Source of the DNA: Acidothermus cellulolyticus 11B
GTDB lineage: Bacteria > Actinomycetota > Actinomycetes > Acidothermales > Acidothermaceae
Assembly (NCBI RefSeq): GCF_000015025.1
Contig: NC_008578.1
Location: 630,001-662,000 of the forward strand
Reading direction: 5' to 3'
DNA length: 32,000 nt
Below, one piece after another: positions 16,838 to 25,009 of this stretch. The position numbers and the translations under genes are program-made. The stretch's first letter is position 1; every line of letters begins with the position of its first letter. The notes under the pieces are model-generated. The model did no database searches. It saw only the letters and a program-made list of their open reading frames with translations, and was not told the DNA's origin.

Positions 16838-17311
16838 TCAGCTGACGCTCGCGGGTTGCTGCACCGACGCGGCGGAACTCTCGATCACGCGCGGGCTGTC
16901 GGCTCTGGTCACTTCGATCCGGCGAGCCTTCGCCTTCTCGGCGACCGGGATCGTGACCGTCAGCACGCCGTTCTCGTAGGTGGCGGCGATGTGGTCGGTG
17001 TCCACACCCTCGCCGAGCGAGATCTGGCGCATGAACTTTCCGGTGAACCGCTCACTCGCCAGCCACTGGAGATTCTCGTCGGTCCGCGGCGTGCGTTCAG
17101 CCTCGATCGTCAGGATGCCGTTCTCGACGCTGACATTCACGGACCCGGGATCGACGCCCGGTAGGTCAGCGTGCAGCACGTAGTGGTCACCCGCGCGGTA
17201 GAGATCCATCGGCATGAACCTCGGGGTACGGACGGACCCCAGAGCAGACCCCAGGAGTTGTTCGGTCAGCCGGTCAAATTCACGGAACGGATCAAAGCGC
17301 AGCGCCATCAT
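16838..17311 (-). CDS. Hsp20/alpha-crystallin family small heat-shock protein
   Basis: 157 aa. FDPFREFDRL N-terminus and alpha-crystallin domain (DLYRAGDHYVLHADLPGVDPGSVNVSVENGILTIEAER ... ATYENGVLTVTIP). A perfect SD, AAGGAGGTGATCA, sits just upstream of the ATG. Confidence 0.9.
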   Translation of the reverse strand: MMALRFDPFREFDRLTEQLLGSALGSVRTPRFMPMDLYRAGDHYVLHADLPGVDPGSVNVSVENGILTIEAERTPRTDENLQWLASERFTGKFMRQISLGEGVDTDHIAATYENGVLTVTIPVAEKAKARRIEVTRADSPRVIESSAASVQQPASVS

Positions 17312-17335
17312 TGATCACCTCCTTCACGGTGGTTG

Positions 17336-17362
17336 TTAGCACTCGGTGCTGTCGAGTGCTAG
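17336..17362 (-). promoter_or_regulatory. CIRCE element (HrcA operator) upstream of hsp20
   Basis: TTAGCACTC-GGTGCTGTC-GAGTGCTAG matches the consensus TTAGCACTC-N9-GAGTGCTAA at 17 of 18 defined positions. It lies 25-51 nt upstream of the hsp20 ATG. Confidence 0.7.
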
Positions 17363-17607
17363 CTTCCACTCGTGTGATACCACCACGACAGCGATCTATG
17401 CATGTCTCGATTGCCGAGATACACGTCCCTCGGCATGCCGTCACCCGCGGTCGAGGCGCGATCGGCAGCAGCGTCAGCCGAGGCGCAGCGATGTGGTTCC
17501 TCTGCTGCCGTCGTCGCCGGGTGCCTGACCGGGGCGCCTCTGCCCGACTGCATACCGCCGTCGGGTCCTTTCGCCGGCGCGCGCCGCGGGTGCCGCGGAC
17601 GCCGCTG

Positions 17608-19914
17608 CTACCGCCGTGGTGCGGCGACCTCGGCGTCCGGTGTCACTGACTGGGGTTCCAGCCGGATCACAATCGCCTTTGATGTAGGGGTATTGCTCTC
17701 GAGCGCGGTCGAGTCCAACGGCACCAGTGGATTGGCCTCGGGGAAGTACGCCGCCGCACATCCCTGCGGCGTCGGGTAGGGAATCGCGGTGAAGTCACGC
17801 AATCGGCGTTCGCCGTCCGACCAGATGCTCACGAGCGTCACGCGACTACGCGGCGCGATGCCGAGCCGGGAAAGGTCGTCGGGATTGACGAAGACGACCC
17901 GCCGGTCTCCGACGACACCGCGGTATTGATCGTGGTAGCTGTAAATAGTCGTATTGAACTGGTCGTGGGAGCGGATGGTTTGCAGCAGCAGGCAGCCGGG
18001 CGGGATCTCGAGGGGCTGCGCCCGGTTCACCGTGAAGTGCGCCCGTCCGTCCGCCGTGGGGAAGCGTCGCTCGTCCCGCACCGGGTGGGGGAGAACGAAG
18101 GAACCGCCGGCGTTGAGTCGGTCCTCGACGTCGGCAAAGCCGTCGACGACCCGCGCGATGCGCTCGCGGATTCGGCGGTTGTCCCGCCCCAGCTCGCGCC
18201 ATGGCACCACGTCGGCGTCGCCGAAGATGCGGGCGCCCAGTTCGGCGACGATGGACACTTCGCTGCGAAGGTGCGGGGAGACCGGAGTGAGGTGCCCGAT
18301 CGACGCGCGCACGATACCCATCGAATCCTCGATGGTGACCATCTGTCGGCGGCCGGCACTTTCGTCGCGGTCGCTTCGCGCCAGCGCCGGGAGGAGAAAA
18401 CTCGTCGTACCGCGGAGCAAATGCGTGCGGTTCAACTTCGTCGCGACGTGAACAGTCAGTGCGCATGTCCTCATGGCTTCCGCGGTTCGCATCGTGTCCG
18501 GCGCAGCGACAGCGAAATTGCCGCCTAATCCCATGAAGAAACGAATCCGCCCGTCATACATGGCCCGGATTGCTTCGACGACGTCCAACCCCGGCTGTGT
18601 CGGTGGCGCGAAACCGAATTCCGCCTGGAGGCGTTCGAGGAAGGCGGGGGAAGGCTTGTCTGTGATACCCATGGTGCGGTCGCCCTGCACGTTGCTGTGA
18701 CCCCGGACCGGACACGCTCCGGCACCCGGCCTTCCGAAGTTTCCGCGCAGCAGGAGGAAATTCACGAATTCCCGGATGGTCGGGACCGCGTTGCGGTGTT
18801 GCGTGATGCCCATGGCCCAGCAGAGCACCACCGAACGCGCGGCTATGACTTCGTCTACGAAGCGATTCACCGCTTCGTCATCAAGTCCGGACTCGGCGGC
18901 CAGCCGGCGGGGATCCAGCCCGGCCCAGAATTGCGCGGCGTCCTCAAAGCCGGCGCAGTACCGGCGGATGAATCCGTGGTCGAGGATGTTCTCGCCGCCG
19001 CCGAATCGCGCGTCACGCTCGACGAGACGGCGGTTGACCCACTGGAAGAGGGCGAGGTCGCCGCCGACGCGGACCGGCAGATAGAGGTCGGCGATCGGCG
19101 TCCCGCGCCCCAGGAGCCCCGAAACCCGTTGCGGATTGCGAAAAGACCGAAGGCCCGGCTCCGGCAGCGGATTGACGGCGACGATGCGGGCTCCGCGTCG
19201 CTTTGCCTCCTCGAGGCTACTGAGCATGCGGGGATGGTTTGTTCCGGGATTCTGGCCGACGAGAACGATGAGGTCCGCGTAGTGGGCGATGTCGTCCAGC
19301 GTCACCGATCCCTTGCCGACACCAATAGTTTGGCTCAGCGCTACGCCACTGGACTCATGACACATATTCGAGCAATCCGGCAGATTGTTGGTGCCAAGCC
19401 GCCGGGCCAGAAGCTGATATAAAAACGCTGCTTCATTGCTGGTGCGCCCGCTGGTATAGAAAACCGCCTGATCTGGAGTGTCAAGCCCGCGCAGAGCGGC
19501 TGCGATGCGGTCGAGTGCTGCGTCCCAGCTGACGGGTCGGTAATAGTCGTCACCTGGCTCCGCCACGAGCGGCTCGGCAAGGCGTCCGCGGCTCTCCAGC
19601 CAGTGGTCGTCACGACTGAGCAAGTCGGTAATGGAGTGTTCGGCGAAGAAGGCCGCACCGATGGTCCGGCGGGTTGCTTCCCAGGCGACAGCCTTTGCGC
19701 CGTTCTCACAGAATTCGATGCGATGCCGGGGTTCGGCGTCCGGCCACGCACAACTGGGGCACTCGAATCCGCCGCGTTGGTTGACCGCGGCGAGGGCCCG
19801 CAGACCGCGGCCGACACCAGCCTCTCGTAGCGTTATCTCTACAGTCCGGGCGACGGCGGGAAGCCCAGCTGCGTGCTGTGCTGGTTCTCCGCCTTGGCGT
19901 GCACGTCTCGACAT
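17608..19914 (-). CDS. FdhF/YdeP-family molybdopterin oxidoreductase
   Basis: About 768 aa. N-terminal motif GGFECPSCAWPDAEPRHRIEFCENGAKAVAWEAT is typical of YdeP-like enzymes, and MopB-type domains follow. The ATG at 19914 is preferred over the TTG at 19917. Confidence 0.85.
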   Translation of the reverse strand: MSRRARQGGEPAQHAAGLPAVARTVEITLREAGVGRGLRALAAVNQRGGFECPSCAWPDAEPRHRIEFCENGAKAVAWEATRRTIGAAFFAEHSITDLLSRDDHWLESRGRLAEPLVAEPGDDYYRPVSWDAALDRIAAALRGLDTPDQAVFYTSGRTSNEAAFLYQLLARRLGTNNLPDCSNMCHESSGVALSQTIGVGKGSVTLDDIAHYADLIVLVGQNPGTNHPRMLSSLEEAKRRGARIVAVNPLPEPGLRSFRNPQRVSGLLGRGTPIADLYLPVRVGGDLALFQWVNRRLVERDARFGGGENILDHGFIRRYCAGFEDAAQFWAGLDPRRLAAESGLDDEAVNRFVDEVIAARSVVLCWAMGITQHRNAVPTIREFVNFLLLRGNFGRPGAGACPVRGHSNVQGDRTMGITDKPSPAFLERLQAEFGFAPPTQPGLDVVEAIRAMYDGRIRFFMGLGGNFAVAAPDTMRTAEAMRTCALTVHVATKLNRTHLLRGTTSFLLPALARSDRDESAGRRQMVTIEDSMGIVRASIGHLTPVSPHLRSEVSIVAELGARIFGDADVVPWRELGRDNRRIRERIARVVDGFADVEDRLNAGGSFVLPHPVRDERRFPTADGRAHFTVNRAQPLEIPPGCLLLQTIRSHDQFNTTIYSYHDQYRGVVGDRRVVFVNPDDLSRLGIAPRSRVTLVSIWSDGERRLRDFTAIPYPTPQGCAAAYFPEANPLVPLDSTALESNTPTSKAIVIRLEPQSVTPDAEVAAPRR

Positions 19915-19977
19915 CAACTCGACCTTAGCGCGCAGGCACGGCCGTGCGCAGCTTGATGAGGGATGATTCCTGTCGGT

Positions 19978-20034
19978 CTGCCGTTTCCGATCGCTCGGTC
20001 CTTCCGGCGGCCTGCCGTTTCCGATCGCTCGGTC
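19978..20034. repeat. Two copies of a 23-bp unit CTGCCGTTTCCGATCGCTCGGTC, 34-bp period
   Basis: Copies at 19978-20000 and 20012-20034 are identical. They lie upstream of the ydeP-like gene, next to the 12-bp palindrome GCACGGCCGTGC (19936-19947). Confidence 0.85.
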
Positions 20035-20067
20035 TTCGCCGCGGGCGTTTCAGCCGCCAGCCGTTCC

Positions 20068-20985
20068 CTAGCGCTTAGCCAGTTCCGGCTGTGAATGATC
20101 GCGCCAATCTTCAGGCGGGCCGCCCGTTCTTCTGAACGTGCGCCAGATGTGCCAACGTGCCCTCGCGCCGTGCAGGGCGCGCATCGTCACGAGGGTGACT
20201 TCGGGAAGGATGAGCAGGATCAATGATCCGGCGAGCCAGCCGCCTAGCACGTCCGTCACCCAGTGCGTGTCCAAAAAAATGGTGCTCAGCCCAACCGTGA
20301 CCGCGACGAATACCGCGACGGCGGTGACGAGGCGGCGATATGTGGGTGCGGTGAGGAGAACGAGGATGCCAAATACCACGACTGCATTAGACGTGTGTCC
20401 CGAGGGGAAAATGTCTCCGCCGTCGAATACCGCATGGGGGTGGGTGGTGAGAAGCGGTCCGAGCCGGCCCGTGGAAACTTTGACGGCACCGACGGACACA
20501 TTGAGCAGCGCAAGACCAACCGCGAGCATTACCAGGGGTTGCGCCGTACGTCGGCGCCAGGACAGGTAGATGACGAGTGCGCCCGCCGCCGCGGCCGAAG
20601 GTGCGCGTTGTCCAATCATCACGTAGTGGAGAATCCACGGCTTGACGTCTGGCCAGCGTTGCGCGAGATCCATGGCCGCCGCGCGATGGTCAAGGGCGTC
20701 AAGCGGCGATCCGAAGATCACTGCCATGGTCAGGAGCGCGTACGCAATGAGGACGCCGATGAGCAGATACCAGCGGCGGCGTCCCATGCGGGCAATAAGG
20801 CGATCGAGGAGTTGAACCAACGTCTTGGTCTTGTCGCCTGCCACGATCGAAATGTTACCGATGCTAACGATGTGGCTGACTGAGAGAATCCTGAGTATTA
20901 CGGCACGATTGGGGTGACGTCGTTCCGCGGCTCCCCAGCCGCGGCGTGCCATTTCCGTTGTTTCTGCTTTTCCCGAACTCCGCAT
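20068..20985 (-). CDS. PAP2-superfamily membrane phosphatase
   Basis: Hydrophobic protein with PAP2 motifs PSGHTSNAVV and THWVTDVLGG. ATG 20985 is preceded by GGGAG. The start is uncertain; ATG 20952 is an alternative. Confidence 0.7.
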   Translation of the reverse strand: MRSSGKAETTEMARRGWGAAERRHPNRAVILRILSVSHIVSIGNISIVAGDKTKTLVQLLDRLIARMGRRRWYLLIGVLIAYALLTMAVIFGSPLDALDHRAAAMDLAQRWPDVKPWILHYVMIGQRAPSAAAAGALVIYLSWRRRTAQPLVMLAVGLALLNVSVGAVKVSTGRLGPLLTTHPHAVFDGGDIFPSGHTSNAVVVFGILVLLTAPTYRRLVTAVAVFVAVTVGLSTIFLDTHWVTDVLGGWLAGSLILLILPEVTLVTMRALHGARARWHIWRTFRRTGGPPEDWRDHSQPELAKR

Positions 20986-21273
20986 GGCATCTCCCGAGCG
21001 GGAGATGCCCGGCCTGGGGGATCGTTATGCGCTGCGGGCGAGGATCGGTGAGCGTCGCAGTCAGCCCCAGCCGGGCGTCGCCTCGGGGCGTGCCGGGTTT
21101 CGCCTCAGGCCCTGCCGGGCGTCGTTGCAGGGCGTGTCGGGCGTCGATGCGGGCCGTGCGCCGGGTGTCGCCGCCCGGGTCGTGCCTCCGTCCCGGGGGC
21201 GCCTCCGCCCCGGGCGCGCTTCCGCCTCACCGCGACCCCGACCGGGCCGTGCCCCGGCCGTGATCGTTCCGGA

Positions 21274-21906
21274 TCAGGTGTTGTCGGCTTCCCAGGTGAA
21301 GGTGGCGGTGTCGGTCTGGCCGGCAACGGTATTGGGCGCCGACGAATCGAGCGTGTAGGTGAATCGGTAAACCATGTTCGCAGCGCCGCTCGGGGCCCAG
21401 GTGCCGGCGCCGGTCGCGAAATTCGTGTACGTGCTGGCAATCGTGGTGAGATGCACGGCGTTAATGATCGTGGTGGACGGCGTAAAGCCGGTACAACTGC
21501 CGAAGTTGCCCCCGCTGCCTTCCTCAACCGTGATCGTTAGGTAATCCGACAGGTACGGACTCGAGCCTGCGGAATGCGTCAGGCCGCCCGGCGCGATGTA
21601 GAGCTTGACCGCGGCCGGCAGCGATCCGCCGTACTGCACGGTGATGCAGTGGCTGCCGGTCGAGCCCGGCTTGAGACCCGTTGCAGAGAACATCGCCTGG
21701 TTGGTGTCGTCATCGCTCAACGTCACAGTGCCGGACGACCACTGGTTGTTGCTGTTGGACGTGGTCGCGGTGAAGGCGGCGAACGACGCGTGCCAGATCA
21801 GTACGGCGCTCGCGACGAGACCAGCGACGACGGCCAGCACGAGGAACGGGGTGGCGGACAGCCGCCGGGTGGCTCGCCGGTGGCGGCCGGCAACATGCAC
21901 GGACAT
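21274..21906 (-). CDS. TasA/CalY/camelysin-like exported protein with SipW-type ('alternate') signal peptide
   Basis: 210 aa from ATG 21906, with GGAG 9 nt upstream. Signal region: RHRRATRRLSATPFLVLAVVAGLVASAVLIW. Family hallmarks: SFAAFTATTSNSNNQWSSGTVTLSD, GLKPGSTG, and C-terminal ATFTWEA. Compare B. subtilis TasA WAAFND...FASGTLDLS...LKPGD...FSFEA. Confidence 0.7.
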   Translation of the reverse strand: MSVHVAGRHRRATRRLSATPFLVLAVVAGLVASAVLIWHASFAAFTATTSNSNNQWSSGTVTLSDDDTNQAMFSATGLKPGSTGSHCITVQYGGSLPAAVKLYIAPGGLTHSAGSSPYLSDYLTITVEEGSGGNFGSCTGFTPSTTIINAVHLTTIASTYTNFATGAGTWAPSGAANMVYRFTYTLDSSAPNTVAGQTDTATFTWEADNT

Positions 21907-22199
21907 GCAGCGACTCCGGAGGACGTGGCGCCCCTTTCGGGATGGACGCCCTTCCATCGGCCGAGTCGGCGGAGAGCTGAGTGCTCTTCGTCAGGAGCCG
22001 TTGTTCCCGGCGGCGCGGTCACTGCCGAGTCGAGGGGAGCCGAGCCGTCCTCGGTCAGGGTTCGCCGAGTCTGGATGACGGTGCGCGACCTACTGGCGCC
22101 GGTCGTCGACCGCACTGCGATTGACCCGGTTACGTTAGGACAGGCGCGGCCTGCGATCGCGAGCCGTAAACCGACGGCCGGCCGGGCCGGTGGCACATA

Positions 22200-22778
22200 T
22201 CAACCCTTAACGGTGATCGTGAGCAGTCCGATGTCTGCCGGCCGGGTGTCGCAACCGCTGGTCGGTGACGGGCTTTGCGTCGCACACGGCGGCACCTGTT
22301 GCGCGCGGATCGTTACGCTTCCCGGGACCATGCCGCGGAAGTAGCCTGGAGCACCTGGTACTGGGGCGACCACGTTGCTGCCGGGAGGATCCACGTTGTA
22401 CAAGGTCACCTGTCCGTCGTTCTGGTAGAGCGGCGGGATGGTCACCCGCACGATCTCTCCTTTGTTGATGTCGACGGTCACGTGGTTACGGTTTGCCTCG
22501 GCCGCGATTTTCGCGCTCGGGCTTGCTCCGGCTGTCGGGTTCGGTTTGGCGTGGTGTGCGGAGCACGCCGAGGCGATCCCAATGAGGGCAAGGGCAAGAG
22601 CGGAGCCGATGGCACGTCGGGTGGCCGATGGGGTACGCCGATGGGGCGTGGCGTCCCCGCCGCGGACAGAACCGGATGCGGAATAGGTCACGGTGCGACA
22701 TGTTGCCGTACCGCGGACCCGGATGACAAGGGTGGGTGCGCGGGTCGCCTGTGAGCTGCCGGCTGGCGTCTGGATCAT
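22200..22778 (-). CDS. Hypothetical small exported protein, probable Tat-type lipoprotein (start uncertain: ATG 22778 or GTG 22691)
   Basis: The ORF has codon bias consistent with coding. TRRAIGSALALALIGIASAC resembles a twin-arginine signal ending in a lipobox-like ASAC. The mature part of about 120 aa is beta-rich with two Cys residues. I recognise no family. Confidence 0.5.
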   Translation of the reverse strand: MIQTPAGSSQATRAPTLVIRVRGTATCRTVTYSASGSVRGGDATPHRRTPSATRRAIGSALALALIGIASACSAHHAKPNPTAGASPSAKIAAEANRNHVTVDINKGEIVRVTIPPLYQNDGQVTLYNVDPPGSNVVAPVPGAPGYFRGMVPGSVTIRAQQVPPCATQSPSPTSGCDTRPADIGLLTITVKG

Positions 22779-22791
22779 GGGAACGATCCCA
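22778..22791 (-). promoter_or_regulatory. CelR/CebR-like (LacI-family cellulase regulator) box, copy 1
   Basis: The plus strand reads TGGGAACGATCCCA, so the minus strand reads TGGGATCGTTCCCA. This is identical to copy 2 and matches TGGGAGCGCTCCCA at 12 of 14 positions. It overlaps the ATG 22776-22778 of the lipoprotein ORF. Confidence 0.5.
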
Positions 22792-23056
22792 CCATTCCCC
22801 GCAATCGACGCGATCGGGAGCAGGGCGGCGCGAGCCGGACCGTGTGGTCGAGCCGGACGATTCGCCCATACGGTGCTGCAATGCCCAGCGCCATGTTGTC
22901 AATCCGCCAAATGCAGCAATGCACACATGGACAGGGATTGTGACTCTGAGTAATGATTGGATTGCCTTCTTGCCGCCTACGCGTTACGCAGAGTAGGCGA
23001 CTGTATGCGGTAGGTTGGCGCTCCAGCCGTGGGCTGGACATGCCTGCTGCGAACTC

Positions 23057-23085
23057 TTGACACGTCTGGTTGAACGCGCAATACT
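23057..23085 (+). promoter_or_regulatory. Candidate sigma-70-type promoter of E1: TTGACA-N17-AATACT
   Basis: TTGACA at 23057-23062, a 17-nt spacer, then AATACT at 23080-23085. The CelR-like box begins 11 nt downstream, a classical repressor position. Confidence 0.4.
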
Positions 23086-23096
23086 CCCAACACCGA

Positions 23097-23110
23097 TGGG
23101 ATCGTTCCCA
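23097..23110 (+). promoter_or_regulatory. CelR/CebR-like box, copy 2, upstream of E1
   Basis: TGGGATCGTTCCCA matches the Thermobifida/Streptomyces cellulase operator TGGGAGCGCTCCCA at 12 of 14 positions. It lies about 100 nt upstream of the E1 GTG start. Confidence 0.65.
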
Positions 23111-23113
23111 TAA

Positions 23114-24898
<1,785 letters not shown>

Positions 24899-24904
24899 TA
24901 CGTC

Positions 24905-24941
24905 GGGGAGCCGACGGGAGGGTCCGGACCGTCGGTTCCCC
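24905..24941 (+). terminator. Hairpin just after the E1 stop (terminator-like)
   Basis: GGGGAGCCGACGG (24905-24917) pairs with CCGTCGGTTCCCC (24929-24941). The stem is 13 bp including one G:U pair, and the loop is 11 nt. Confidence 0.6.
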
Positions 24942-25009
24942 GGCTTCCACCTATGGAGCGAACCCAACAATCCGGACGGAACTGCAGGTACCAGAGAGGA
25001 ACGACACGA

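Noticed and set aside
20984-21358. 124-aa plus-strand ORF and the 140-aa minus-strand ORF (21105..21527) in the GC-rich spacer.
   Set aside because: They are translations of degenerate GC-rich repeats, rich in Arg/Pro/Gly, and they overlap the 3' end of the TasA-like gene.
21798-22196. 132-aa minus-strand ORF in the gap between the lipoprotein and TasA-like genes, and the plus-strand ORFs 21574..22344 and 21605..22078.
   Set aside because: They overlap the TasA-like start region. Their composition is low-complexity Arg/Pro/Ala, with no SD or family resemblance. The 294-nt gap more likely holds the TasA-like promoter.
24953-24966. Possible third CelR-like box, ATGGAGCGAACCCA, upstream of the GH6/GH12 gene.
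   Set aside because: It matches the consensus at only 10 of 14 positions and both outer half-site ends are damaged. I cannot distinguish it from chance without a PWM score, so I kept it as a weak note only.
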